Notes: generated by a model not told the origin, from the sequence alone. DNA of 64,000 bases from an uncultured Gemmatimonadaceae bacterium (GCA_963751275.1 CAVVTZ010000009.1:32001-96000); one strand, 5' to 3'. Shown: positions 10,617-20,754, numbered from the stretch's first letter. Numbers and translations are program-made.

Positions 10617-11258
10617 GAACGCGGTGGCTCCGGCCAGCCAGGTGCGCGCCGCGTCAATGTCGCCGCGCGTGAGCGTGTGTCCCGCCGGATCCCAGCGCAG
10701 CGTGACGTTCGCGCCGGCGCCGCGGAGGAGCGTGGCGAGCTGGTCGGTCTCTTCGGGCGGGATGAGTGGATCGGTCAGGCCGGCGGCGAGGAACACGGGA
10801 GTGCCGGGCAAATGCAATGATTGAGCGACGTTAGCCGTTGGCCGCACCACGATCTGCGCTCTGAACAGTGCGGCGGCGGAGAACACGGGGCCCTCCAGTA
10901 GCAGCATCGCCCCCGCGATGTTCGCGCCGTTCGAGAAACCTGCGGCGATCACGTTCTTCGCATTGAATTCGTAATGATCCGCCGCCGCGCGCAGGAACGC
11001 CGCGAGCGCGTGCGCGCCGCGTTCCACGTCGTCGTAATCGAACACACCCTCGGCGAGGCGGCGGAAGAATCGCGCGGCGCCACGTTCGGAGACATCGCCG
11101 CGCGGACTGAGCAGTGCGGCGCCGGGCGCGAGCATCCGGCCCAGCGGGATCAAGTCATTCTCGTCGGCGCCGGTGCCATGCAACAGAAGAAGCGTCGGGG
11201 CGCCCGGCGCGGTGGCCGGCTCATACCGGTGGATGTAGCCGAGGTCCGGCGCGCTCAC
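10614..11258 (-). CDS. Phospholipase/carboxylesterase (MhqD-like alpha/beta hydrolase)
   Basis: LLLLHGTGADE, GFSNGAN and GHTL motifs; overlaps the upstream dioxygenase by 4 nt. Confidence 0.88.
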   Translation of the reverse strand: MSAPDLGYIHRYEPATAPGAPTLLLLHGTGADENDLIPLGRMLAPGAALLSPRGDVSERGAARFFRRLAEGVFDYDDVERGAHALAAFLRAAADHYEFNAKNVIAAGFSNGANIAGAMLLLEGPVFSAAALFRAQIVVRPTANVAQSLHLPGTPVFLAAGLTDPLIPPEETDQLATLLRGAGANVTLRWDPAGHTLTRGDIDAARTWLAGATAF

Positions 11259-12202
11259 GGAGCGTGCAGCGGCGGCAGCGCCGGCTCGATCGTCGCGCGC
11301 GCCGATTCGAGCCAGGGCGGGAGCTTGAGCGCGGTGCCGAGCGTGGTCTTCGGCTCATCAATGAGAAAGCCGGGAATGTCCGTGGCGATCTCGAAGAGCA
11401 CGCCGCCCGGCTCATGGAAGTAGATCGAGTGGAAATACTGCCGGTCGCGCACCGGCGTCACGTGCGCGCCCGCCGCGGTGAGCTCGGCGCGCGAGGCGAG
11501 CTCCGCATCGTCGCCCGGCACGCGCCACGCGATGTGATGCACGGTGCCGACTCCCATCACGCCGCGCGGGAAGCCGTGCGTCTCGCGCACATCGACGATC
11601 GCACCGGGGCCGCCGCTGCCGGTCACGAAGCGGTGCGTCGCCCCTTCGCTGCCGCCGACGCGGAATCCCATGGTGGCGGTGAGCAATCCCGCGGTGGGCG
11701 CGACGGTGTCCACCCACAACGTGATCGCGTGCAGCCCGCGAACGGCATGCTCCGCCGGGACGGTGCTGCCGTCGAACGACCACGCCTCGCGCTCGCCGGC
11801 GCGGGCGTGCGCGACCAACTCGAGCGCGATGCCATCCTGGTCGTGCAGCGTGATCACCTGGTCGCCGAATCGCTTCACCGGGCCTTCATGCGCGATGCCG
11901 CGCGCGATGAGACGCTCGAGCCACCAGCCGAGCGAGGCCTGGGGGATCGACAGCGAGATCACGTTCACCTGGCCCGTGCCGCCGCGGCCGCGGCCGGCCT
12001 CTCCCCACGGGAAGAACGTGACGAGCGTGCCCGGCTTGCCGGTGTCGTCGCCGAAGTAGAGATGGTACGTGCCCGGATCATCGAAATTCACGGTGCGCTT
12101 CACGAGCCGCAGGCCGAGCACGCCCGCATAGAAATCCACCGTGCCCTGCGGCGAGCCGGAGATGGCGGTGACGTGATGGATGCCGCTGATGGCGATGCTC
12201 AT
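11255..12202 (-). CDS. Ring-cleaving dioxygenase (glyoxalase/VOC, MhqO-like)
   Basis: GIHHVTA, LVKRTVNFDDPGTYHLYFGD, GTVHHIAWR, DRQYFHSIYFHEPGGVLFEIAT. Confidence 0.92.
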   Translation of the reverse strand: MSIAISGIHHVTAISGSPQGTVDFYAGVLGLRLVKRTVNFDDPGTYHLYFGDDTGKPGTLVTFFPWGEAGRGRGGTGQVNVISLSIPQASLGWWLERLIARGIAHEGPVKRFGDQVITLHDQDGIALELVAHARAGEREAWSFDGSTVPAEHAVRGLHAITLWVDTVAPTAGLLTATMGFRVGGSEGATHRFVTGSGGPGAIVDVRETHGFPRGVMGVGTVHHIAWRVPGDDAELASRAELTAAGAHVTPVRDRQYFHSIYFHEPGGVLFEIATDIPGFLIDEPKTTLGTALKLPPWLESARATIEPALPPLHAP

Positions 12203-12267
12203 TCCGTGGCCCTCGGCGGGAACGCCGCTCCTGGCGCGGTCCAATGTGGGATCGGAGATCGAGAGTG

Positions 12268-12396
12268 AACTGCTCTGACAGGATTAACAAGATGAACCAG
12301 ATGAGCCAAATAACAAACTCACTGGCGGTCGCCGGGAACCGCGAGCGCAGTGAGTGTCGTCATCCCGCTCATCATGTTCATCCTGTCAAAGCAGTT
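12268..12396. repeat. Family C hairpin: nonamer-repeat arms around an inner hairpin
   Basis: aactgctctgacaggattaacaagatgaaccagatgag pairs with catcccgctcatcatgttcatcctgtcaaagcagtt; inner stem actcactg...cagtgagt. Confidence 0.85.
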
Positions 12397-12441
12397 GGCA
12401 GTTTCGGGACTGCCCGGGGCGCGGGAAGGCCTCGCTCGAGA

Positions 12442-12909
12442 TCAGGCCGTGCGGCGGTGCATGAGGGCCGGCCCGACGATGCGGGCGCGGCCGAGGCGCT
12501 CGAGGTTGATCGCGAACGCCTGGCCGAGTGCGCTGGTCTCGCGACTCACGAGCACATCCAGGGGCGCGGTGATCATGCGCGTGACGGTGGACGCGTCGGC
12601 GGCCGGGAGCGGCGCGCTCGCGAAGCGCTCGCGCGTCATCGCTTCGGTGGCGAAGAAGAAGCTGGTCACGAAGCTCGCCATCGACTCATCGCCGCCGCGA
12701 TTGCGGCGGAGATCGAGGATCACGGCGCGGACGCCGGCGAGCTGCCGGATCGCGGCGGTCACCGCCTGGCGCGCGGCGGCACTGTGCTCGAACGCGGTGA
12801 GTTCGAAGAAGCCGGCGCGGCTGCCCAGGCGGGCGACGCGTCCGACACCATGGCTGCCGGTTGCGGTGCGTGGCGCCGTGGTGTCACGGCGCAGGACGGT
12901 GGATCGCAT
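12442..12909 (-). CDS. Short S41-peptidase-like fragment, probably inactive or a remnant
   Basis: VILDLRRNRGG and VLVSRETSALGQAFA...RARIVG resemble S41 motifs, but the ORF is only 155 aa and the catalytic region is degenerate. Confidence 0.6.
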   Translation of the reverse strand: MRSTVLRRDTTAPRTATGSHGVGRVARLGSRAGFFELTAFEHSAAARQAVTAAIRQLAGVRAVILDLRRNRGGDESMASFVTSFFFATEAMTRERFASAPLPAADASTVTRMITAPLDVLVSRETSALGQAFAINLERLGRARIVGPALMHRRTA

Positions 12910-13075
12910 AGCTGATCTCCATTCGGGCCACGCGCCGCGATGCCGGCGCGCTCACCCGATTGGACACCCGGTACGGCGCGATGGTTTACGCGCCGCGTCC
13001 CGCCGCGGTAGAATGAGAGCACGCGCGCTGGGCGCGCCCGCACACCCACCCGACCGGACCACGAGGAGCCGCGCC

Positions 13076-13654
13076 ATGCATGACATCGTGCAATTGTTGA
13101 CGAGCCACGACATCTCCTTTTTCGAGAAGATCCTGCGCACGCTCGTCGTCTACGCGTTCCTGCTGATCGGTCTCCGGCTCGGCGGCAAGCGCGAGCTGGG
13201 CATGCTGAACCCGTTCGACCTCGTGGTGCTGCTCGTGCTCTCGAACACGCTGCAGAACGCGATCATCGGCCCCGACAATTCCCTGCTGGGCGGCCTCTTC
13301 GGCGCGGCGATCCTGCTGATCGTCAATTATCTCGTGGTGCGATTCCTCTTCGTGCACCCGAAGCTGGACCGCTACGTGGAAGGCGAGTCCCTGGTGCTGG
13401 TGCGCGACGGCAAGGTGATCCAGGAGAACATGGCGAAGGAACTGATCACGCAGAGCGAGCTGGAGTCGCGCGCGCGCATCCAGGGCGTAGATGACCTGGC
13501 GCACGTGGCCTGCGCCCGGATCGAGGTGGGGGGCGCACTGACCTTCGTGCTCAAGCACCCGACCACCGCCGAGGATCATCAGAAGGCGGTGCGCGACCGG
13601 CTCACGCGGATCGAAGCGTCGCTCAACGCGCTCTCGGCGCGGCTCGGCGCCTAG
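13076..13654 (+). CDS. DUF421/YetF membrane protein
   Basis: GAGGAG RBS; LRLGGKRELGMLNPFDLVVLLVLSN and LVRDGKVI. Confidence 0.88.
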   Translation: MHDIVQLLTSHDISFFEKILRTLVVYAFLLIGLRLGGKRELGMLNPFDLVVLLVLSNTLQNAIIGPDNSLLGGLFGAAILLIVNYLVVRFLFVHPKLDRYVEGESLVLVRDGKVIQENMAKELITQSELESRARIQGVDDLAHVACARIEVGGALTFVLKHPTTAEDHQKAVRDRLTRIEASLNALSARLGA

Positions 13655-13676
13655 CGCGGAACCGCGCGGGGCGCGG

Positions 13677-14738
13677 TCATCCCTCGCAGTGGCGCTCGAT
13701 CTCCTTCGAGAGCTTCGCGGGGTCGTTGATGACCTGGTAGAACTCGTCGAAGTACGCCAGCGTGCTCTGCGCGGTCTTCTCGTCCAGCAGCGGGTTGTTC
13801 GTGTACAGCGCGGTGATGGCGGGCCGCTGCGCGTTGAACGTCTTGACGGCGTCCGAGAGCTCCGCCGGGGTGAAGCAGAAGCTCGTCCACAGCCGGCTGC
13901 GCACCGAGCGGATGGGCAGCGACTTGTCGGGCGTCGCATAGCGCGCATTGACCGTGCCGGACCAGTCGAAATCGTATGCCACCGGATAATAGACCACGGG
14001 ATAGGTGCCGGCCGTGCCGACGAACCGCATGTTGTGCATCGCGGCGAGGCTCCAGTCGGTGTTCGCGATCATGTACTCGAAGAGCGACATGATGCCGAGC
14101 ACCCCGGGATCGAAATCATCGCGGCCCGCGTTCTTCGCGGCGATGGACGTGCCGGCGTTGCGCGCCGCCATGTCGCTGTGGTCCTCCAGGAAGAATCCGC
14201 TCGTGACGATGGGCGCCCGGTCGGGGTGCGCGCTGTCCGCATACGTGACGCGCACGAAGCGCGCGCGGAAGCTGAAGGGCGTGACAAGGTTGTACACGCG
14301 GTAGAGCAGGTACTCCTGCGGGATGTACGCCTCGTACTCCGCGCGCCCCGGCCAGCATGTGGTGACGAGCTTCAGCTTCTTCTGCTTGGCGAAGACGGTG
14401 CCCTTCACGTCCTTGCCGAATTTCACCGACACCGGCGGGAAACCGCAGGTGCTCGACTTGCGGCGGAAATGCCCGCGCGGGCGTAGGCCGATGACCAGCG
14501 TGTCGGCGCCGGTGATGAGCCGCCCCGGCAGCCACGGGCCGGTGCTGTCGCGGGTGCTCATGTACTTCTTGATGTCGCTGGAGATGGTGATCGCGAAGAT
14601 CGAATCGCTCGCGAACAGCTTCGTCGGCTTGGCGGGCTGCACCGGCGCCGGGGCATCCTGCGCGGCGCCTCGCGCGGCCACCGCGGCGCATGCCCCGAAG
14701 CACAGCGCGACCGCGGCGCGCCTAGACCAGTTCGACAC
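13677..14738 (-). CDS. Secreted CotH-like kinase-fold protein
   Basis: Signal-like N-terminus; RPRGHFRR, KLKLVT, EYLLYRVY, FEYMIANTDWS...HN, PVAYDFDWSG. Start codon uncertain. Confidence 0.62.
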   Translation of the reverse strand: MSNWSRRAAVALCFGACAAVAARGAAQDAPAPVQPAKPTKLFASDSIFAITISSDIKKYMSTRDSTGPWLPGRLITGADTLVIGLRPRGHFRRKSSTCGFPPVSVKFGKDVKGTVFAKQKKLKLVTTCWPGRAEYEAYIPQEYLLYRVYNLVTPFSFRARFVRVTYADSAHPDRAPIVTSGFFLEDHSDMAARNAGTSIAAKNAGRDDFDPGVLGIMSLFEYMIANTDWSLAAMHNMRFVGTAGTYPVVYYPVAYDFDWSGTVNARYATPDKSLPIRSVRSRLWTSFCFTPAELSDAVKTFNAQRPAITALYTNNPLLDEKTAQSTLAYFDEFYQVINDPAKLSKEIERHCEG

Positions 14739-15795
14739 GGTCCACCCGGTCGCCCGCCGCGCTCTCGATGTCCGCCAGCAGCTCGGAGGCGTCTCCTTGC
14801 TCTCCGAGATGGAACGGATATTCGACCACATGGTGCGTGGGCGACTCGTGGACGACATCGCCGAAGCGCCAGTGCGCCAGCCGGGTGCGCAGGATCGGCT
14901 CGACGATGAGCCGTGCTCCCTCGGGGTCGGCGGTGTGCACGCGCAGGAGATGATCGAACATCGGCACGGCCTCCTTCGTGCCGATGCCGAGGTCCTTGGT
15001 GAGCTTCTTCGCGCGGCGCCACGCGCGGTCGGCCAGCGCGTCGAGCTGCGACGGCGACATCGCCTTGAGGATCTCGTCGTCCACCACGGCGACGAAACTC
15101 TGCGTGTGGCTCACCTGCTCGCGCGTGCGCGAGAGGCGATCCTCGGCGAGCGCGCCTTCGAGCGCTGCGGGCTCGCGGCCGAAGTCGGTGGACCAGAGCA
15201 TCACCGTCACGAGATTGAACGCGATGGACAGCACGATCGCCACCGGCACCTGCACGCCGCAGGCGAGACCGATCGCGGCGCCGACCAGGATGTACACGGC
15301 GTCCTTGCTGTCCTCGAGCGTGTTGCGGAAGCGCACGGCGGCCACGATGCCGGCGAGACTGAACGCGAGCGCGAGCGAGTTCTTCACGAGCACCACGATC
15401 CCGGCGTCCACCACCGGGAGCACGATGATCACCTGGGCGAGCGCCTGCTGGTAGCCCTTCTTGTGGCGGGTGAGGATGTAGCACCACGCCACGGGCAGGG
15501 AGAGCAGGAAGGCCGCGACGATCGCGAGCATCGCGGAGATCGCCAGATACGATTCATCGACCTGTCCCGGCACGGTGGTGCTCGAGAGATCGACGTTCTT
15601 CGGGATCCCGGCGCGCCCCTGGCCGCCGCCGCCGGTGAGCTCGGTGATGGACTTCGCGAAATAGCCGTGCCACGAGTCCGGCATCGCCCGCCAGACGGCG
15701 AAGACCGTGAGCCCGACGAGGATGTAGTAGAGGAACGTGCGCAGCAGGATGTTGTCCCACGTGCGCCGGAGCAGCGAATCTCTCGATGAAGCCAT
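14722..15795 (-). CDS. DUF4956-family membrane protein
   Basis: VKNSLALAFSLAGIVAAVRFRNTLED.KDAVYI...AIGLACG. Confidence 0.8.
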   Translation of the reverse strand: MASSRDSLLRRTWDNILLRTFLYYILVGLTVFAVWRAMPDSWHGYFAKSITELTGGGGQGRAGIPKNVDLSSTTVPGQVDESYLAISAMLAIVAAFLLSLPVAWCYILTRHKKGYQQALAQVIIVLPVVDAGIVVLVKNSLALAFSLAGIVAAVRFRNTLEDSKDAVYILVGAAIGLACGVQVPVAIVLSIAFNLVTVMLWSTDFGREPAALEGALAEDRLSRTREQVSHTQSFVAVVDDEILKAMSPSQLDALADRAWRRAKKLTKDLGIGTKEAVPMFDHLLRVHTADPEGARLIVEPILRTRLAHWRFGDVVHESPTHHVVEYPFHLGEQGDASELLADIESAAGDRVDRVELV

Positions 15796-15827
15796 GCGCT
15801 ATTCTGCGGCTTAACAACCGGTGATGC

Positions 15828-15940
15828 AACTACTCGGGACTCGGGACTCGGGATTCGCCGCGGGACGCGACAACCGCCGGGAATTCATCGATTCCCGGCA
15901 GTCAGCGCGGCGAGTCCCGAGTCCCGAATCCCGAGTCGTT
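15828..15940. repeat. Family B heptamer-capped hairpin, copy 1
   Basis: aactactc(gggactc)(gggactc)(gggattc)gccgcg...cgcggcgagtcccgagtcccgaatcccgagtcgtt, with an inner gccgggaat/attcccggc stem. Confidence 0.9.
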
Positions 15941-16377
15941 CAAGCCCGCAGCGTATCCGGCTGCCAGTTCTGCACGGCTTGCTTGATGGTCTTGCGATCC
16001 GGCAGTTCGCCGGCGAGCGTGCGGTCCACCAGCGCCGGGAGCTCGGCGTCCGAGGCGAAGCGGAGGCCGATGAGCTGCGGATGGCTCAGCTTCATGATCT
16101 TGTCGCGACCGCCGGCGCCGAGCACGCGCTCCAGGCGCATGCGCATCTCGTCGCGGATCACGCGATCCTGCACCGTGAGCACCATGCCGCGCACGTCGAA
16201 CGCGAACATGAAGAGCGCGGTGAACACCACCGCCATCCAGATGCTCATGCCCGTGGGCGCCTTCACCGCCGCCACGATGAACACGATCGCGTTCGCCAGG
16301 AGGATCGGCAGCGACGTGTAGTGATACATCCAACGGAAGCGCGTGTGGTTGGAGTAGTTCTGCGCGGACTCAGCCAT
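15940..16377 (-). CDS. DUF6526-like membrane protein
   Basis: QNYSNHTR, QDRVIR.EMRMR, QLIGLRFASDAEL, IKQAVQNWQPD.LR. Confidence 0.75.
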   Translation of the reverse strand: MAESAQNYSNHTRFRWMYHYTSLPILLANAIVFIVAAVKAPTGMSIWMAVVFTALFMFAFDVRGMVLTVQDRVIRDEMRMRLERVLGAGGRDKIMKLSHPQLIGLRFASDAELPALVDRTLAGELPDRKTIKQAVQNWQPDTLRA

Positions 16378-16386
16378 GGTGTTGCC

Positions 16387-16857
16387 TCACGGGGAAGGTG
16401 TGGTCGTGCGTGCCGCGGCGCGGGCCTGCCGGGCGAATTGTTGCAGACGCGCGACGATCGCCGACAGGCCGACTTCGCGCGAGCCGAGTCCAATGTTCTC
16501 CATCATGGTGCGAACGAAATCGGCCGGGATCGACAGCGTCGCCGACGGCGGCTGGTCGTTCACGGCCGAGAAGACGATCGCGAGGAACGCGGCGATCGTC
16601 GGGGATTGCCGGACGTTCACGTCGGCGTAGAAATGCATCTTGCCGTCGTGGAACTCGGGGAAGATGTCCACGCGCGTCTGGCATTCGGGCACGGTGAAAT
16701 TCGTGCGGTCCAGCGGCGCGAATCGCGGCGGCAGCGGCTCGAGCCGCTTCGACCACGCGACGAGCGCCGCCATCTTGTCCTCGCGACCGAGCGCGCGGAA
16801 CGTCCGCAGCACGCGGTCGATGGACGGAGGTTCGGGGGTGGGGGCGCTGCTGGTCAT
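16387..16857 (-). CDS. sufE: SufE-family Fe-S sulfur acceptor
   Basis: VPECQTRV with the conserved Cys, and MHFYADV; 156 aa. Confidence 0.8.
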   Translation of the reverse strand: MTSSAPTPEPPSIDRVLRTFRALGREDKMAALVAWSKRLEPLPPRFAPLDRTNFTVPECQTRVDIFPEFHDGKMHFYADVNVRQSPTIAAFLAIVFSAVNDQPPSATLSIPADFVRTMMENIGLGSREVGLSAIVARLQQFARQARAAARTTTPSP

Positions 16858-16957
16858 GTGCGGACGGGCTCGGGACAGTGCTCCAAGTCTATCACCCGAC
16901 AGAAAGTTCCGCGTATCCCCGATTGCCGCCGGGGCCGCGCGGCATGATCTTCGGACC

Positions 16958-17995
16958 ATGATCAACCCCCGCATCACCCGAGGCGCTGTCGTCGCGCTGG
17001 CCGCCGCGCTCGGCGCGTCCTGCAACAGGGGAAGCGCGGCCGTCCCGCCGGCGGTGGGCACGGTGGAGGTCACGGAGGTCGATGTCGCGCCGCTCACGGG
17101 CGCGCGCGTCACCCGCATGTGGGTGGATGAGGGGGCGATGGTGCGCGCCGGCGACACGCTGGTCTCGCTCACGCTCAGCACCACCCGCCCCGATCTCGAT
17201 GCGCGCATTGCGCGGCTCGCGGCGGCGGAGGCCGCGTTGCGCGACCTGCAGGCGGGCGCGCGTCCCGCCGAGATCGACCGCGCGTCCGCCGAGCTGCGCG
17301 TGGCCGAGGCCGAGGCGGCGAACGCGGAGGACGAACTGAAGCGTCTCACGCCGCTCGCCGCCAGCGGCACGGTGAGCGAACAGGCGCTCACCGCCGCGAC
17401 CGCGGCGGCGCGTTCCGCCGACGCGCGGCGCGATGCCGCGCGCGAATCGCTGCGCCTCGTGCGCGAAGGCGCGCGCCCCGAGCGGATCCGCGCCGCCACC
17501 GCCGACGTCGCGAACGCGCGCGCCGCGCTCGCCGCCGCCGAGGGCGCCGCGAACGACCTCGAACTGCTCGCGCCCGTGTCGGGCGTGATCCTGGGGCGCC
17601 ACGCCGAGCCCGGTGAGATCCTGCGCGCCGGCGAGCCCGCGCTCACCATCGGCGACATCGGCCGCCCCTGGGTGCGCATCTTCGTGGACCAGCGCGCGCT
17701 GCCGCTCATCCGCATTGGCGACGCCGCGAGCGCGGTGCTCGACGACTATCCGAAGGTGGAATTCCCCGGGCGCGTGGTGTCGATCCGGGACAAGGCGGAA
17801 TTCACGCCGCGGGTGGCGCTCACCGAGAGCGAGCGCGCCGATCTCGTCTTCGGCGTGAAGATCGAATTGCGCGACAGCATCGGGCTGCTGAAGCCCGGGC
17901 TTCCGGTCACGGTGCGCGTGCGCGGGTCCGCGCCGGCCGCGGGCACGGGCACCGGCGACCGTCCGGCCGCGGTCGCGGTCCCCACCCGGCCGTGA
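16958..17995 (+). CDS. HlyD-family membrane fusion lipoprotein
   Basis: Lipobox LGASC, coiled coil, LLAPVSGVI, AEFTPR. Confidence 0.9.
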   Translation: MINPRITRGAVVALAAALGASCNRGSAAVPPAVGTVEVTEVDVAPLTGARVTRMWVDEGAMVRAGDTLVSLTLSTTRPDLDARIARLAAAEAALRDLQAGARPAEIDRASAELRVAEAEAANAEDELKRLTPLAASGTVSEQALTAATAAARSADARRDAARESLRLVREGARPERIRAATADVANARAALAAAEGAANDLELLAPVSGVILGRHAEPGEILRAGEPALTIGDIGRPWVRIFVDQRALPLIRIGDAASAVLDDYPKVEFPGRVVSIRDKAEFTPRVALTESERADLVFGVKIELRDSIGLLKPGLPVTVRVRGSAPAAGTGTGDRPAAVAVPTRP

Positions 17996-18741
17996 CCGCC
18001 GCGGGGCCCGCGGTCGTCACGCGCGCGCTGAGCAAACATTTCGGGGATCTCGTCGCGGTCCAGTCGCTCGATCTCACGATCCAGCGCGGCGAGGTCTTCG
18101 GCCTGCTCGGCCCCAACGGCTCGGGGAAGACCACCACCATCCGCATGCTGTGCGGACTGCTGACGCCCACGTCGGGCGATGCGACCGTCGCCGGCTACGA
18201 CATCCGCACGCAGAGCGAGCAGATCCGCCGCTCGATCGGCTACATGTCGCAGCGCTACGGACTGTACGACGAGCTCACCGCGATCGAGAACATCCGGTTC
18301 TACAGCACCGTGTATGGATTGCACGGCGCGGAGCGCGAGACGCGGATCGCCGACCTGATGAACGAACTCGGGCTGACATCGCAGAAGGACCAGATGGCGG
18401 GCACGCTGAGCGGCGGCTGGAAGCAGCGATTGGCGCTCGCGTGTTCCACGGCACACCGCCCGGAGGTGCTCTTCCTGGATGAGCCGACGGCCGGCGTAGA
18501 CCCGGCGGCGCGCCGCCTCTTCTGGGAGCTGGCCTATGCTCTCGCGAAGCGCGGCACGACCATCGTTGTGACCACGCACTACATGGACGAGGCGGCGCGC
18601 TGCCAGCGGCTCGCCTTCCTGTCGCGCGGGCACCTGATCGCGGTGGGGACGCCGGAGGAAGTGCCGCGGCAGTTCGGGCAGAAGACGATCGAGGATGTGT
18701 TCATCGAACTGCAGCGGCGCGACGAGGGCGCGGCGGTATGA
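17992..18741 (+). CDS. ABC-2 exporter ATP-binding protein
   Basis: GPNGSGKTT, LSGGWKQR, LDEPT. Confidence 0.95.
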   Translation: MTAAGPAVVTRALSKHFGDLVAVQSLDLTIQRGEVFGLLGPNGSGKTTTIRMLCGLLTPTSGDATVAGYDIRTQSEQIRRSIGYMSQRYGLYDELTAIENIRFYSTVYGLHGAERETRIADLMNELGLTSQKDQMAGTLSGGWKQRLALACSTAHRPEVLFLDEPTAGVDPAARRLFWELAYALAKRGTTIVVTTHYMDEAARCQRLAFLSRGHLIAVGTPEEVPRQFGQKTIEDVFIELQRRDEGAAV

Positions 18742-19865
18742 GCGCCCTGTTCCGGCGGATCGCGGACTCGGCGTTCTGGCCGATGCTGTACAAGGAATTC
18801 CTGCAGATGCGCCGCGACCGGCTCACGCTCGCGATGATGGTCGTGTTGCCGGCGGTGCAGCTCATCGTGTTCGGCTTCGCGATCCGCACCGAGGTGCGGC
18901 ACGTGCCCACCGTGGTGCTCGACGAGTCGCGGTCGCAGGAGAGCCGTGCGCTGATCGAGGCGATCGTGAACACCGGCAACTTCGACATCGCGGCGGATGT
19001 GCGCAGCCGCGCCGAGCTGGAGGACTGGATCCAGCGCGGGGCGGCGGGCGCCGGGATCATCATCCCGCCGGACTTCCAGACCGATGTGAAGCGCGGCCGC
19101 ACGGCGAGGGCGCAGGTGATCATCGACGCCGCGGACCCGCTCTCGAGCCAGTCGGCGATCTCCGGCGCGACGCTGGCCGCCGCGGCGCACGGCGCGACGC
19201 TCCTGCCGGCGCCGATCGTGCCGCCGCTCGACCTGCGCGTGCGGCCGTGGTACAACCCGGCGCTCCGCAGCGAGACGTACATCGTGCCCGGGATGATCGG
19301 CATCCTGCTCTCGATCACGATGATCCTCATCACGAGCATGGCGGTGGTGCGCGAGCGTGAACGCGGCACACTCGAGCAGCTGATCGTCACGCCGATCGGC
19401 AAGACCAGCCTGATGCTGGGGAAGATCCTCCCCTTCGTGCTCGTGGGCTACACGCAGATGACCGTGGTGCTCGTGCTCGCGAAGGTGATGTTCAACGTGC
19501 CGCTGCGCGGCAGCATACTTGAGTTGTACGTGATCACCTTCGGCTTCATCACGGCCAACCTCGGCATCGGCCTGCTGGTGAGCACGCTGGTGCGCACGCA
19601 GGCGCAGGCGATGCAGTCGAGCTTCTTCTTCCTGATGCCGAACATCCTGCTGTCGGGGTTCATGTTCCCGCGGGCGGCGATGCCGCCGTTGGCCCAGTGG
19701 ATCGGCCTGCTGCTCCCGCTCACGTACTACTTGCAGGTGCTGCGGGGCATCCTGCTGAAGGATGTCGGTCTCGAGGCGCTCTGGCCGCAGACGCTCGTGC
19801 TGATCCTGTTCTCGGTGGTGCTGGTGTCGCTCAGCGTGAAGCGGTTCACCAAGACCATCGAGTAG
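18738..19865 (+). CDS. ABC-2 exporter permease (YbhR/S-like)
   Basis: KEFLQMRRD, WYNP, RERERGTLEQL, LLSGFMFP. Confidence 0.93.
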   Translation: MSALFRRIADSAFWPMLYKEFLQMRRDRLTLAMMVVLPAVQLIVFGFAIRTEVRHVPTVVLDESRSQESRALIEAIVNTGNFDIAADVRSRAELEDWIQRGAAGAGIIIPPDFQTDVKRGRTARAQVIIDAADPLSSQSAISGATLAAAAHGATLLPAPIVPPLDLRVRPWYNPALRSETYIVPGMIGILLSITMILITSMAVVRERERGTLEQLIVTPIGKTSLMLGKILPFVLVGYTQMTVVLVLAKVMFNVPLRGSILELYVITFGFITANLGIGLLVSTLVRTQAQAMQSSFFFLMPNILLSGFMFPRAAMPPLAQWIGLLLPLTYYLQVLRGILLKDVGLEALWPQTLVLILFSVVLVSLSVKRFTKTIE

Positions 19866-19968
19866 GCCGCCGCCTTAGGGTGTTCCAATCCGGCGCGCGC
19901 GGTCGTGCTTGCGCTCCCCGCGCGCGCCGGCACATTCTGGCCACCACCCGCACCTCGAGGGGGCATCC

Positions 19969-20748
19969 GTGACGACGCCAGCGCTTCGCCCGCGGTCGGC
20001 GACCGAGATCATCGACGTCTCGTTCCAGATCCTGCGCCACAATTACGGGGCGCTGGTGACGCTGTCGCTCGCGTCGATGCTGCCGATGGCGGCGGTCACC
20101 GTGATCGCCGGGGCGGGCGCGGGCGCCGGTGTCACGACGGTCACGGCGTTCGACGCGCTCAAGATCATCAGCTTCTTCGCGTCCTTCGTCTTCTACTTCG
20201 TCGCGCAGAACTCCGTGATGGTCGGCGCCTCGCAAGCATATCTGGGCGAGCCGGTGCGCGCCGGCGTCGCGCTCGCGCGGGCGGTGCGGCGCGTGGTGCC
20301 GCTCATGCTGTTGTCGTTCATTCTCTATATCGGCGTCATCATTGGCATGCTGTTCTTCATCTTTCCCGGGATCTACCTCGCGCTGCGCTGGGCGCCGTTG
20401 CCGATGGTCACGGTGCTCGAGGATGGCGATCCGGGGCAGACGCTGAAGCGCGTGTGGGCCCTCAGCCGCGACAACGCGCTGCACATCTTCGTGATCCTGC
20501 TCGTGCTCCTGTGCATCTACATCGCGGTCGCGTTCATCTCGTTGTTCCTGCTGTCCGGTTCGATGGTCCTCGGCCCTGCCGCGGCGCCGAAGGCGGGATC
20601 GATCCTCTACTACGCGGTGCTCGCGCTCTTCTTCCCGTTCTTCCAGATGGTGTTCGTCGCGCTGTACTACGACCTGCGCATCCGCCACGAAGGGCTCGAC
20701 GTCGAGATGATGACGCAGGCGCTCGGCGAAGCCGCCCCGCAGACCTGA
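19969..20748 (+). CDS. Polytopic membrane protein (GPDPase membrane-domain-like), paralog 1
   Basis: About 6 TM segments; LRPRS..EIID and YYDLRIRHEGLD. Confidence 0.75.
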   Translation: MTTPALRPRSATEIIDVSFQILRHNYGALVTLSLASMLPMAAVTVIAGAGAGAGVTTVTAFDALKIISFFASFVFYFVAQNSVMVGASQAYLGEPVRAGVALARAVRRVVPLMLLSFILYIGVIIGMLFFIFPGIYLALRWAPLPMVTVLEDGDPGQTLKRVWALSRDNALHIFVILLVLLCIYIAVAFISLFLLSGSMVLGPAAAPKAGSILYYAVLALFFPFFQMVFVALYYDLRIRHEGLDVEMMTQALGEAAPQT

Positions 20749-20754
20749 GGACCC

